Below, in pieces: positions 28,014-38,607 of a stretch of DNA of 64,000 nucleotides. The DNA is from Bdellovibrio sp. (GTDB lineage Bacteria > Bdellovibrionota > Bdellovibrionia > Bdellovibrionales > Bdellovibrionaceae), in assembly GCA_036677065.1 (NCBI GenBank), contig JAKFBS010000001.1, positions 160,001 through 224,000 on the forward strand, in the 5' to 3' direction. Numbering within the stretch: position 1 is the first letter of the stretch; each line of letters begins with the position of its first letter. The translations under genes and the position numbers were made by a program. The notes below the pieces were generated by a model. The model ran no database searches and was not told where the DNA came from. It was given only the letters and a program-made list of their open reading frames with translations.

Positions 28014-29830
28014 AAAGAGCCATTATAAAATTAATTAAACATTGTACACTAATTTTGATGTTTCCTGCGATCACTCAGGCCGCTACAGATTGTGTACAAG
28101 TTTACTATGATCGCGGCCCACAAGATTATTGGATTGGCCATGCCAACGCCGTATTCATGCAAAATCTTTTAGGGCATTTTCCGCATTTGCAGCAAGTTGT
28201 AGTGCCGATCGAAAAATATAAAAAAGGTGATTTAAACCGTTGCAAAGCCAGCGTTTATATTGGAACGCACTTTATGGCGCAAATCCCTGAAGATTTTCAC
28301 ACCGATTATATCAACACGACCAAAAATGTTGCGTGGCTTGGATATAATATTTGGCGCAAGCCCGAAGTTTTAGAAAAAGTGTTTAACTATCGTTATAACC
28401 AATTAACCACCTTGGATACGACACGCCTGGATCAATCAGCAAAACCCACTTATTTTAAATGGATTGATTATAAAGGCGAAAGATTCAAAAAATTCGGCGA
28501 ATGGAGTGTGACACTGCCGCGAATTTTTCATGCTCCTTTTGAAATGAGTGCGATATCACCACTAGATATGGTGAGTGCACAAACACAAATACTAGCCGTC
28601 GCTGAACACAATGGAACAGGTGAAAGACTTCCATACATTTTGCGCAATAAAAATCATTTCTATGTGGCCGATTCGGTATTTAGTTATATGCATGAATCAG
28701 ATCGCTATTTGGTGTTTTCAGATTTAGTTTTTGATATTTTAAATGAAAAGCCACGTCACAAGAAAAAGTTTGCAGTGATGCGCATCGAAGATGTGCACCC
28801 GTTAATTAACAATGATGTTTTGCAGTTAATCTCTAAAACTCTGAAAAAACTAGATATACCCATTAATATTTCGATTATTCCTTTTTATTACGATTCACTT
28901 AAGTATGATGATCGTCCGGCCAAAGAAAGTTTTATGCCAGCTTCGCAGCGCCCGAACTTCGTATCTTGGATTAAAGATCTTCAAGCCCAGAAGGCCACAT
29001 TTATCTGGCACGGTATTACGCATCAGTACAGTAAGCTTAAAAATCCGCACACCGGTGCTTCTGGTGATGATTTCGAGTTTTGGAATGCCCGCACAAATAA
29101 ACCCATTGCTGAAGATAGCGCAAAGTACGTAGTTGATCGCATGTTTATTGGTTCGAAAGAGCTAAGTAAAGTAAATATCAAACCTTACATTTGGATTACT
29201 CCGCATTATCAGGCATCGGCGTTAGATAATATTTTATTTTCATATCTGGTTCCATGGTCTATGGGGCGCATGATTTATCAAAATTTTGAATTAAAAAGTC
29301 CAATGCCTGCACATAATCGCAGTACTTGGTTTACAGATGGTGATGTGGCTAAGCAGAAGGCCCGCCAAGGTTATTTAGGTAATATTAAATTAGAAACAAC
29401 TTCTCCGTGGAGCGGCCAATTATTTCCGTACGAAATTTACGGTGATGTTTATGGGCAGCGTGTGCTTCCTGAAAATTTAGGTAATGTACAACCAAGGCAA
29501 AACGATCAAGTGGTGTTTCCGCGCACTGCCGATGAAATTATTGCCGATGCAAAAAGAAATTTAGTGCTTCGCGATGTGTGGGCTTCCTATTTCTATCATC
29601 CGTTTTTGTTTCAAACTCCAGAAACGCTTCTTCGTCCAGAACATTTGCCGGCTGGTCACCCGATCAAAACCCAAGCCGACTTTGATGGCGACACGCGTGA
29701 AATGGAGCGTGTGGTGTTAGAACTTAAAAAAATGGGCTACGAGTTTATCAACATCGAAGATTTCGCGAGACAAAATGTCGATGTGTTAAGACCCGAACCA
29801 AAAGTAAATTGGGGCAATTCTTTAGAGTAA
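28010..29830 (+). CDS. Secreted polysaccharide deacetylase-like protein (DUF2334-like, CE4 fold)
   Basis: RIEDV, HGITHQ, TPHY, QLFPY...D.YG..vlPENLG and ASYFYHPF motifs; overlaps the GT2 stop. Confidence 0.78.
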   Translation: MKRAIIKLIKHCTLILMFPAITQAATDCVQVYYDRGPQDYWIGHANAVFMQNLLGHFPHLQQVVVPIEKYKKGDLNRCKASVYIGTHFMAQIPEDFHTDYINTTKNVAWLGYNIWRKPEVLEKVFNYRYNQLTTLDTTRLDQSAKPTYFKWIDYKGERFKKFGEWSVTLPRIFHAPFEMSAISPLDMVSAQTQILAVAEHNGTGERLPYILRNKNHFYVADSVFSYMHESDRYLVFSDLVFDILNEKPRHKKKFAVMRIEDVHPLINNDVLQLISKTLKKLDIPINISIIPFYYDSLKYDDRPAKESFMPASQRPNFVSWIKDLQAQKATFIWHGITHQYSKLKNPHTGASGDDFEFWNARTNKPIAEDSAKYVVDRMFIGSKELSKVNIKPYIWITPHYQASALDNILFSYLVPWSMGRMIYQNFELKSPMPAHNRSTWFTDGDVAKQKARQGYLGNIKLETTSPWSGQLFPYEIYGDVYGQRVLPENLGNVQPRQNDQVVFPRTADEIIADAKRNLVLRDVWASYFYHPFLFQTPETLLRPEHLPAGHPIKTQADFDGDTREMERVVLELKKMGYEFINIEDFARQNVDVLRPEPKVNWGNSLE

Positions 29831-29940
29831 CTCACTTTAGGCGATCGCCGTGTGATCGCCGTCAAGGCACAGACTTTGTAGAACAAGTAAAACTTATCGA
29901 CCCGTTACTTTGTTAATTTTTGAACAAGAAAGAAGGAAGC

Positions 29941-31806
29941 ATGCGTTCTAGTAGTAAACTTAATCTTTTATTGATGGCAGCAATTTGTGCGATGTCATTA
30001 AACTTCGCCCAAGCCCAAGAAACTCCGCCACAAAACGGAGATACGCCGGTAGATAATCCTGCTGATGATAATTCAGGTGTCGATAAAGATAAGGTCAAAA
30101 AGAAATTACGTGCAGATTTTTTTCTAGATTTTGATTGGGGTGAAGAAGTTCTAAACTTAACGCCGCACCCTAGAAATACTCCTCCGAATGGTTTTTACGA
30201 AGCCGCTTCAGACACACTAATTTTGGGTGATTATTCAAAAGGATTTCGAGTTACAAAATATTCAGAAATTTCTGCTGGCCTTGGCGGAAAACTAAATTGG
30301 CATTTTCCAAATCAAACGGGATTAGCTGGTAAGTTATGGCTTACAGTTGGTTTAATGCCAATGGCCGGAAAAACTTCGGTATCACATCAACATCAGCCGT
30401 CATTTGAAAAAGCAATGAACGCGAAAGCCCGCAAAGTGCCTCTTGAAGCCACTGATTTTAAGACCTGGGCGATGAATGATTCTGTGAACTATTCATCTAC
30501 TGGCGGATTAATTTTTTCGGTCGGCGTTGGGGTTCCGGGTGTAAATATTGGTTCAGACTTTATCGTTCAAGGTACTTTTTCTACTTACATAGAAAAAGTA
30601 AGTGCGAACGAAGTTTACGTTATGATTTCTAATACCGATGCCAAAAGCTTAGTGATGCAAGTTGATGCAACGGTAGTTCAAGTTGGCGTTACAAAATATA
30701 AAGAAATCGAAGAAGGTATGTCTTACATGATCAATTACGCTGATCCTGTAGGTTACAAAGCGTATCATGATTTGATCCGCGGCAACGTGGCTGCGATTCA
30801 GTTGTTGTTACAAGACCCTAACGTAACGGCTATCCAAAAATGGGAAAAACTAAACCGTGTACAAATTCGTAAATTAGCTCATTTTAATTTTGGCATCCCC
30901 TTTATTATGTCTTGGGGTTGGACTGCCGGAAAAATCTATGAATTCAGCGACACGCGCGCGTTTTACGATAACACCCGCGCCGAAGTGGATTACGGCGTGT
31001 ACATTAAAGAAAAAAGAAAGAAAATTTTTGGCAGCAAAACGGTACAAACAGAATCTTTTTACGGCTCAGTTTACAGATTGTATAATTATGATAATGACTT
31101 AATGACTAAATATATCTTCGGTCAGTACGTATTTAATGCCGATGATAATAAAGCTAAAACTAAAGACATGAAAAAAGTTATCGGTAACCTTATTGAAAAA
31201 ACAGGTTTACGTCAGTTAGATCTAAATATTCCGAAATATAAAAAATTAAAATTTTCGCGAATTAACTTAGAAGTCAATTTTGATGAAGATCAGACTTTAA
31301 ATATCATGAACACGGTGTCTCGCCTGTTACCAGAAACAGTGGCAGAGCGTGCAAATCAGTTAGCCGTTAGCTTTTTAACCAGCGAGAGCCAAATGTTAGC
31401 TCTCTGCACGCCAGAAGAAACGCAAGTTCCGATGTCGACAGAGGCGTGCCTGGCTAAATACTACGCCGAAAACACTGAAGCCTCTTCAACTTTAGTTAGA
31501 GCAGCTAAACTGATGAAAAAACACTTCGAAGCTGGCAATGATAAAGCTTTTTCTTTAGCCTATGCTGATTTTGGTAAATCGATGTTAAAAAATGCAACGA
31601 TGTTTCAGGCAATCTTAGGCATGGCCGGTGCCGGAGCCGAGATTGTGTACAACGTACAAAACACGTACTTTCAAAGTTATCGCGTGATCTACGTAACTAC
31701 AAATTCTGCAGGGGTTTTCAAAAGAATGTCGGTTGATACAGAGCCAACTTGGATTTTTGGTAACACAAATCTAAACGAAGCTTTTAAAGTGGCTGCAGGA
31801 ATGTAA
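29941..31806 (+). CDS. Large secreted hypothetical protein
   Basis: AAGGA SD, signal peptide AQA-Q, ~620 aa, beta-rich N-terminal half. Confidence 0.75.
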   Translation: MRSSSKLNLLLMAAICAMSLNFAQAQETPPQNGDTPVDNPADDNSGVDKDKVKKKLRADFFLDFDWGEEVLNLTPHPRNTPPNGFYEAASDTLILGDYSKGFRVTKYSEISAGLGGKLNWHFPNQTGLAGKLWLTVGLMPMAGKTSVSHQHQPSFEKAMNAKARKVPLEATDFKTWAMNDSVNYSSTGGLIFSVGVGVPGVNIGSDFIVQGTFSTYIEKVSANEVYVMISNTDAKSLVMQVDATVVQVGVTKYKEIEEGMSYMINYADPVGYKAYHDLIRGNVAAIQLLLQDPNVTAIQKWEKLNRVQIRKLAHFNFGIPFIMSWGWTAGKIYEFSDTRAFYDNTRAEVDYGVYIKEKRKKIFGSKTVQTESFYGSVYRLYNYDNDLMTKYIFGQYVFNADDNKAKTKDMKKVIGNLIEKTGLRQLDLNIPKYKKLKFSRINLEVNFDEDQTLNIMNTVSRLLPETVAERANQLAVSFLTSESQMLALCTPEETQVPMSTEACLAKYYAENTEASSTLVRAAKLMKKHFEAGNDKAFSLAYADFGKSMLKNATMFQAILGMAGAGAEIVYNVQNTYFQSYRVIYVTTNSAGVFKRMSVDTEPTWIFGNTNLNEAFKVAAGM

Positions 31807-31838
31807 AGGTGTAAGTTAACAGTTAAGTAACAAAATTG

Positions 31839-31878
31839 AAAAAGCCAGCCACAAGGATACTGTGAAGCTGGCTTTTTT
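31839..31878. terminator. Bidirectional intrinsic terminator
   Basis: aaaaagccagc...gctggctttttt. Confidence 0.8.
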
Positions 31879-31882
31879 CTTT

Positions 31883-33913
31883 TTACGAAGCTTTACCGCC
31901 AGAGGCGTGACCAGTGCCAGAAGCATGGTCAGCTAAAATAACTTCTTTTGCTTTTTCAGAAACAATTAAAGTCGGAAGCATAATAAATAAACCCGGAATA
32001 TCTGGGTATACTGACGCATCTACAACACGCAAGTTTTTTACACCATGAACTTTAAATTTACTGTCAACAACCGCAGACATATCATTGGCGCGACCCATTT
32101 TACTTGTACAAGAGGCATGGTGTCCCCAAGCTTCTTTCATGATCCAAGATTTTAAATCATTCGGGTTTTTCATGTCATCGCCCGGGTAAGTTTCACGCTT
32201 GAAGTAATCATCACCTATGTATTTATTGATTCTGCGGGCTACATTTAAACCTTCATAAACTGCATTTAAATCTTCAGTTAATCCATTTTTTTCGTCATGA
32301 AAATAACTGAAATTAATATTTGGTGTATCGCGTGGATCAGTTGATTTTAATTTAACTTGGCCGGCATGATTTTTAGTGTGCCCTTTTAAAATCGCCCAAG
32401 TGAAATAACTTGGTTCGTTTGGATTTTTTGGCGTCGTATCAGCTGAATAACTTGGGTAATAGCCTGTGAATTTACCCGGAACACCAAAGATACATAAATC
32501 AGGAGATTTTTGTTTGTCACTTGATTTACGAATTAACGATAACGCCACGCCATTAGATCCATAAATATGATCTTTTGGATTTTTTAGATATTCCTGCCAG
32601 CAAGGATCTTTATCAAATTCATTGTTTTTTGCAAACGTGCAGTTTTCGATAAGTCCGATAGGCTTATTTAATTCACTGACGACGGTTACTTCGTAACGAT
32701 CTTGTAAGTTTAAACCAACTCCCGGAAGGTTTTTAACCATCGGGATGCCGTGTTTTTGTAATTCTTGTTCATTACCGATTCCAGATAACATTAAAAGTTG
32801 CGGCGTATTGAATGCGCCACCCGCTAAGATAACTTCGCGTTTAACCATAGCTTTTTTTGGTGTGCCCATAAAAGCCGAAGCTTTTTGTTTATTCATTACA
32901 TCAGCGCGGTACGCATGTGCACCTTCGATAAATTCAACGCCGATGGCTTTTGTTTTATCGTTTGGATCAAAAATAACTTTTGTGCAAAGGGCATCAGTTT
33001 TTACAAATAAATTACCCGGCAGGCGTTGACGCGTTTCTAAAATAAGTTCGCGAACACCATGGCGAATACCATTAACTGCATTGAATGGCATATTGAATAC
33101 ACCATTATATTTTTTATCAACATAGCCCTTATCATTGGGATTTAGTTTTAAACTTGGGCTTGTATTGATCATTTTTTGTAAACCGTCTAAATCTAAGTTT
33201 AAGAGTTTATCGAAAAAATTAGTCGTTGTATCCCAAGTATCAACTCTTAAGGCTGCGACTGCCATACGAGTTAAAAAGCGGTCTTTCGCTAATGTCCAAG
33301 GGCTAGATTGGTTCAGCGTTAACCAACCACCATTAGCCGATTGCATTTTTTGAAAACGAGAATACATGTCTTTTGCGTTCCAAGAAGCATCACCAGTTAA
33401 ATTACCAATGTTGTTCCAGTCTTCGTTATCAGGATATAAATTAATTAAAGCATTTACACGGGTACAGCCACCGATACCAGCAGCACGTGGGTAGTAAATG
33501 CTTGGGTTATTTTTTTGAAATTTAGAATTCCAGGTTTCCATATTTTTATAGAGACTGCTGTCTTGGTAACGATCAACGAAATAAGACCAGTTTAAAAGTG
33601 GATCATCACTGGCTTTAGCATGAAATACCGGAGTCGCAGACATCTTATTTGTACTTTCACCACCGGCTTCTAAAAGTAAAACGCGGTAGCCAGATTTTGC
33701 AAGCCCGCAAGCCAACGGCCCGCCCCCGGCTCCAGAGCCTACGATAATAAAATCAAAACGATCGTTTTCATCGATCTTCCAATTATTATCTGTAGAAGGC
33801 GCGCGGGTTAAAGAATCAAATGTTGAACATCCCGTAAACGCAGCGGCCGTAGCGGCAACAGCGGTAGCAGATTGAACAAACTTTCTACGATTGATTTTTT
33901 TATTTTTCTTCAT
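31883..33913 (-). CDS. GMC-family flavoprotein oxidoreductase with Tat lipoprotein signal
   Basis: NRRKF twin-Arg and FTGC lipobox, GSGAGG FAD motif, TPQLLMLSGIG, HHASCT, LRVVDAS. Confidence 0.9.
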   Translation of the reverse strand: MKKNKKINRRKFVQSATAVAATAAAFTGCSTFDSLTRAPSTDNNWKIDENDRFDFIIVGSGAGGGPLACGLAKSGYRVLLLEAGGESTNKMSATPVFHAKASDDPLLNWSYFVDRYQDSSLYKNMETWNSKFQKNNPSIYYPRAAGIGGCTRVNALINLYPDNEDWNNIGNLTGDASWNAKDMYSRFQKMQSANGGWLTLNQSSPWTLAKDRFLTRMAVAALRVDTWDTTTNFFDKLLNLDLDGLQKMINTSPSLKLNPNDKGYVDKKYNGVFNMPFNAVNGIRHGVRELILETRQRLPGNLFVKTDALCTKVIFDPNDKTKAIGVEFIEGAHAYRADVMNKQKASAFMGTPKKAMVKREVILAGGAFNTPQLLMLSGIGNEQELQKHGIPMVKNLPGVGLNLQDRYEVTVVSELNKPIGLIENCTFAKNNEFDKDPCWQEYLKNPKDHIYGSNGVALSLIRKSSDKQKSPDLCIFGVPGKFTGYYPSYSADTTPKNPNEPSYFTWAILKGHTKNHAGQVKLKSTDPRDTPNINFSYFHDEKNGLTEDLNAVYEGLNVARRINKYIGDDYFKRETYPGDDMKNPNDLKSWIMKEAWGHHASCTSKMGRANDMSAVVDSKFKVHGVKNLRVVDASVYPDIPGLFIMLPTLIVSEKAKEVILADHASGTGHASGGKAS

Positions 33914-34120
33914 CTCTATAGAATAGTGGCCAGGGGCTTCTTTCAAAAGTCCGGATCGCCGACAGCCAGACCAGCGTCTAGTGTGTCAACCTTGGTTCGG
34001 TGCAAAAACGGTAAAGTTTTTGTCAATTTACAAAGAGTGCCGGGGCATAATTCACCATTTATAAGATCGATAAAGTTATATTTAGCGTAGTGAGCCAAGA
34101 TTGGTTATATTCGCCGACTT

Positions 34121-36145
34121 ATGGCAATTAAAAAACTCTGGCTGAATCTGTCAGTCCAAAAAAAGCTATTTAGCTTAGTCGGCATCATGGCCCTGCTGGT
34201 AACTTTGGAGTTATTTACATTAATTTTTGCTATGAATACTCTTTCAGGTGTTCGCGGATATGTCGGCGGCGAAAGTGTTTGGTCTAAAGGACAAAAAACT
34301 GCAGTTTACAATTTGCTACAGTATCTATTTACGAAACAACCAGAAAACTACGAAAAATTTAAAACGGCCCTCGAGGTGCCTTTAGGCGATCGGGATGTTC
34401 GCATTGAATTATTAAAAGATACCTATGATGCCAAGATCGTTGATGAAGGTTTTGCCCAGGGAAACATTCACGCAAGCGATAGACCTGCAATGATTCGTCT
34501 GGTGAGACGTTTTAAGGATGTGCCAATCTTGGCCAAGACCATAGATATTTGGGCCCAGGGCGACGAACAGATCGAAGAGCTCATGTTGCTGGGCGAAACA
34601 ATTCATCGTGAAGTTTTGCGTGAGGCAATTAATCAAAACAGACAACGTTATTTTATCTTTGAAATTAACCGTTTAGACAACGAACTTTCTCGGCTTGAAA
34701 GTGAATTTTCATCTACCTTAGGAGACGCTTCGCGCGTTTTAGAAGATGTATTAATGTTTGTTCTAATTTTTGCGATCCTGATTGTTGAATCGACAGGACT
34801 TTATTTAACTTATCGTGTGGGCCGCAGTCTTACAAATACTTTGCGTGAACTAAATGTAGCTGCGATCAAAGTTGGTAATGGTGATTTTTCACAAAGAGTG
34901 CAAGTTCGATCTAATGATGAACTTGGGCAATTGTCTCAATCACTAAATAAAATGGTCGAGCGGTTAGAAAATCAAACGCAAGAACGCCAACATGCTGAAC
35001 AAGCAAGCCAGGCTAAAAATTTATTTCTGGCAAATATGTCGCATGAAATTCGCACGCCATTAAATGCCATTTTAGGTTTTTCTGAAATTTTACAAGATCA
35101 GTACTTAGAAGAACCTGATAAAAAGCGCTATGCGGCTATTATTCGCCGTACGGGCGAAAGTTTAAATACAATCATTAATGATATTTTAGACATCTCAAAA
35201 ATTGAAGCCGACCACATTGAATCACAAGAGGCAGTCTTTTCGCTTCCGCAAATGCTTTCAGACTTATATGCCTTACTTAAAATGCGCTGTGATGAAAAAG
35301 GCATTCAACTTATTTTTGAACGCATTGGTTACGTGTCTGAATATATTGTTTCTGACCAGACAAGGCTGCGCCAAATTCTAACGAACCTGATTGGTAATTC
35401 AATTAAGTTTACCGAAAAAGGTCACGTGATGTTGACCTATGAAGTTCGTGGTTCAATGTTATTTTTTACCGTCAGCGATACAGGAGCCGGAATCTCTGAA
35501 GAACAACGCGGAAATCTATTTAAAGTTTTTTCTCAGGGTGATAGTTCGGTTAGAAAAAAATATGGCGGTACAGGTTTGGGACTAAGTATCGCCCAAAAAC
35601 TTTCGCAACTTTTAGGCGGCGATTCGGGATTATTAGACAGCGAAGAAGGCTTAGGAAGTTTATTCTACGTTCAGGTAAAATATCAGCCTACTGAAAAGCC
35701 TGTGACTGAAGAAGCTCCGGTAAATACACCGATTAATACGCGCCTTATAGAAAATAAAAATATTTTAGTTGTTGAAGATTCATTAGATAATCAAATGCTA
35801 ATTGAATTCTATTTAACGAAAAATAAAGCCAACGTCGTGTTTGCCAATAATGGCTTAGAAGGTGTCGAAGCGGCTTTAAAAGGAAACTTCGATTTAATAT
35901 TAATGGATATTCAAATGCCGATTTTGGATGGTTACGCGGCCACCGAAGAATTACGCCGTCAGGGCGTGGCGATTCCAATTATCGCTTTAACTGGTTATGC
36001 TATGAAAGAAGATCAAGATAAGTGTATGCGCGCAGGCTGTAACGAGTTCTTGGCTAAGCCTATTCACAAAGATAAGCTTCTGGCGACTTTGGCGAAGTAC
36101 TTTCAGGCAACTAAGCTTAAGCAGCGTCCGCTTGATTTCATTTGA
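34121..36145 (+). CDS. Hybrid sensor histidine kinase (HAMP-HisKA-HATPase-REC)
   Basis: NDELGQL HAMP, MSHEIRTPL, GGTGLGL, MDIQMP. Confidence 0.93.
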   Translation: MAIKKLWLNLSVQKKLFSLVGIMALLVTLELFTLIFAMNTLSGVRGYVGGESVWSKGQKTAVYNLLQYLFTKQPENYEKFKTALEVPLGDRDVRIELLKDTYDAKIVDEGFAQGNIHASDRPAMIRLVRRFKDVPILAKTIDIWAQGDEQIEELMLLGETIHREVLREAINQNRQRYFIFEINRLDNELSRLESEFSSTLGDASRVLEDVLMFVLIFAILIVESTGLYLTYRVGRSLTNTLRELNVAAIKVGNGDFSQRVQVRSNDELGQLSQSLNKMVERLENQTQERQHAEQASQAKNLFLANMSHEIRTPLNAILGFSEILQDQYLEEPDKKRYAAIIRRTGESLNTIINDILDISKIEADHIESQEAVFSLPQMLSDLYALLKMRCDEKGIQLIFERIGYVSEYIVSDQTRLRQILTNLIGNSIKFTEKGHVMLTYEVRGSMLFFTVSDTGAGISEEQRGNLFKVFSQGDSSVRKKYGGTGLGLSIAQKLSQLLGGDSGLLDSEEGLGSLFYVQVKYQPTEKPVTEEAPVNTPINTRLIENKNILVVEDSLDNQMLIEFYLTKNKANVVFANNGLEGVEAALKGNFDLILMDIQMPILDGYAATEELRRQGVAIPIIALTGYAMKEDQDKCMRAGCNEFLAKPIHKDKLLATLAKYFQATKLKQRPLDFI

Positions 36146-36192
36146 TACTTTTAAAGTTTTAGCTATAGTTAAGCCAAAAATGAAAGGCGCTG

Positions 36193-36990
36193 ATGAAGAA
36201 ATTTAAAATTGTACTGACGCTAGTTTTATGGTCGCAAGTAGCTGCAGCAAATCCTTCAGCGCTTTGCGAATCAAATGTGGTTGATGGTTTGGTGCGTTTT
36301 TCTAACGGAATCACGGCTTCAACTAAAAACACTGTTCAGGTTTTAACTTGGAATGTTTTAAAATTCAAAAGAGAAAATTCTTTTACAGATTTCACGAACC
36401 TTTCAAATCAAGCTGATGTTGCTTTTATTCAAGAGGCGATTCATTCGACTGATCTACAGAATAAAACAGCTCAAAGTATTTCTATGGATTGGACTTTTTT
36501 TAAAAGCTTTTGCCGCGAGTACGGTGCCAGCGGAGTTCAAACGGGCAGCCGCTTTCCACAACAGCAAGTAGATGCAGTTTTGGCACCTGCGGTAGAGCCG
36601 ATCGTGAACACTCCTAAAGTAACCGGCTATTCGGTTGTTGAAATTTCTGGGCACAAAGTTTTATTAATCAATGTGCATGGATTGAATGCGAATAAAGGTT
36701 TAGATTTTGAAAAGCATATGGATCAAATTTACAACGTGGCTATAAAATTTGAAGGACCAGTTATTTGGGCCGGAGATTTTAACACGTGGAACCCTGTTCG
36801 CATGGCGTATTTGAAAAACAAAGCTCAGGCTTTGGGGATGACTTTGCTTGTTCCTGAAACTGATATTCGTAAGTTGAAGTTGGATCATATTTTAGTGCGC
36901 GGATTTAAGGTTAAAGCAGTTAAAATCCTTGATACCTATGTCTCATCTGATCACTGGCCAGTTATAGCTGAGCTAGAATTTGCTCCATAG
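36193..36990 (+). CDS. Secreted endonuclease/exonuclease/phosphatase family protein (YafD-like)
   Basis: WNVLK, IQEA, HGLN, AGDFNTW, LDHI and SDHWP motifs. Confidence 0.88.
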   Translation: MKKFKIVLTLVLWSQVAAANPSALCESNVVDGLVRFSNGITASTKNTVQVLTWNVLKFKRENSFTDFTNLSNQADVAFIQEAIHSTDLQNKTAQSISMDWTFFKSFCREYGASGVQTGSRFPQQQVDAVLAPAVEPIVNTPKVTGYSVVEISGHKVLLINVHGLNANKGLDFEKHMDQIYNVAIKFEGPVIWAGDFNTWNPVRMAYLKNKAQALGMTLLVPETDIRKLKLDHILVRGFKVKAVKILDTYVSSDHWPVIAELEFAP

Positions 36991-37492
36991 AATCACTGAC
37001 AATAAGCATATCAAGATGTTCTTGTGAAACTAAGCCAGAGTTCACGCAATTTTTTAAAAATGCTAAATAATGATCGTAAAACCCATTGTGATTAAAAATC
37101 GCGATGGGCTTATCGTGCAATTTAATTTGTCGCCAGGTAATGATTTCATTTAATTCATCCATCGTGCCAAAGCCGCCTGGTAAGGCGATAAAGGCATCAG
37201 AGAGTTCCATCATTTTTAATTTTCTTTGATGCATGGTTTCGACCTGATGAAGTTCGGTAATTTTTTCGTGAGCGACTTCAAAATCAAAAACAAGCTTTGG
37301 AATAACACCAACAACGCGTCCGCCCTGGGCTAGGGCGCCGTCAGCCACCTGACCCATCAATCCAACCTTAGCACCACCATAGACCACGGCATGGCCACGT
37401 TCAGCGATCATCTCGCCGACCTTGTAGGCCATTGGCATTAAGCTAGAGTCATTACCTTTGCGAGAACCACAATAAATACAAATCGACTTCAT
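36962..37492 (-). CDS. LOG family nucleotide phosphoribohydrolase (TIGR00730)
   Basis: VYGG..GLMG, MHQRK, PGGFGTMDE. Confidence 0.92.
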   Translation of the reverse strand: MKSICIYCGSRKGNDSSLMPMAYKVGEMIAERGHAVVYGGAKVGLMGQVADGALAQGGRVVGVIPKLVFDFEVAHEKITELHQVETMHQRKLKMMELSDAFIALPGGFGTMDELNEIITWRQIKLHDKPIAIFNHNGFYDHYLAFLKNCVNSGLVSQEHLDMLIVSDSMEQILAQL

Positions 37493-37669
37493 AGGCTCTA
37501 TTTTGCAGTTAAAAACCCATTAAGACATCTGCAAAGTGGTTCCACGTCTAGGTTCCAAGTTGGGTTTTACCGGGCAAATTTGCCACAGAGAAAAAATGGC
37601 TATTGCGGTTTTTAGAAGGGATCAGTTATACCTCAGCCATCAATTTAACTTTTAACAAAGGAATAAAAA

Positions 37670-38101
37670 ATGAAAACATTATTAGCTTCAATGGTATTTG
37701 CTTTTTCAACAATCGCGGCTGCAGCAACTTATGAACTACCAAAAAAAAGCACGAACCTGTCGTTATTAACTGAAGGTAAAGTTTCTGTAGTAACACATAT
37801 GCCTAATTGCCCGAAACCAGCAATGTGCGAACCGGCAGCGATTTTAAAAATTCAATTTACATTAAATGGCTGCATGGACACTTTAGGTCCTGTAACAATC
37901 AACCAAGTTGGTACAACTGCTGACGGCAAAATGAAATTCGTAGTTACCGCTTACAACACAGCTAACGAAGCTTCTACATATACAAAATGCTTTCGTGCGC
38001 CAATCGGTGTTGCCACTCAAGTTATTGGTTTAGGTTTTTTATCAAACGACAGCGTAGAAGTTGAATTCTCGAATCATTTTGTTCGTACTGAAACTTTATA
38101 A
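37670..38101 (+). CDS. Secreted hypothetical protein with four Cys
   Basis: AAGGA SD, signal peptide. Confidence 0.7.
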   Translation: MKTLLASMVFAFSTIAAAATYELPKKSTNLSLLTEGKVSVVTHMPNCPKPAMCEPAAILKIQFTLNGCMDTLGPVTINQVGTTADGKMKFVVTAYNTANEASTYTKCFRAPIGVATQVIGLGFLSNDSVEVEFSNHFVRTETL

Positions 38102-38136
38102 GCTAAGATTTTAAAGTTCGCCGCATAGCTGACCAC

Positions 38137-38598
38137 TTAGATCAGCGACTGCGGCGCTACAGATTCGTTTGTCGGAATATGGATTTCCATTGAAATATGG
38201 GTATTTAAAATTTTTCCGACCGGGCAGTTGTCTTTGGTAAGGCTTGCGATTTCATCAATTTCTTTTGGTCGCGCACTGGGTATGTTAGCAATAATACGCA
38301 AGTGAATTTGTGGAATCTTCCAGCCACTTAAAGTTTTATCTAAATGCACCTCGGCAGTTACGTCTAAGCGTTCAGGTATATGCCCGCGTTTTTCTAGCTC
38401 GCCCGCTAAGGCCATTGAAAAACAACTTCCATAAGCTGCGCCAATTAATTCTTCGGGATTAGTGCCAGGTAATTCTTCAAAGCGTTGCGAATAAGAATAA
38501 GAAATATTTTGTAGCGCTCCACTTTCTGTCGAGATAGTGCCTTTGCCGCGTTTTAAGCCCCCGCGCCAGTGGATAAGTGCTGTTTTTTTCATATTCAT
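38137..38598 (-). CDS. osmC: OsmC family peroxiredoxin
   Basis: GTNPEELIGAA..CFSMAL and CPV motifs. Confidence 0.9.
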   Translation of the reverse strand: MNMKKTALIHWRGGLKRGKGTISTESGALQNISYSYSQRFEELPGTNPEELIGAAYGSCFSMALAGELEKRGHIPERLDVTAEVHLDKTLSGWKIPQIHLRIIANIPSARPKEIDEIASLTKDNCPVGKILNTHISMEIHIPTNESVAPQSLI

Positions 38599-38607
38599 TC
38601 TCCTTAT

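Noticed and set aside
24769..36990. Two YafD-like EEP paralogues as one system
   Set aside because: About 10 kb apart, divergent and in unrelated contexts; an ordinary expansion of secreted hydrolases
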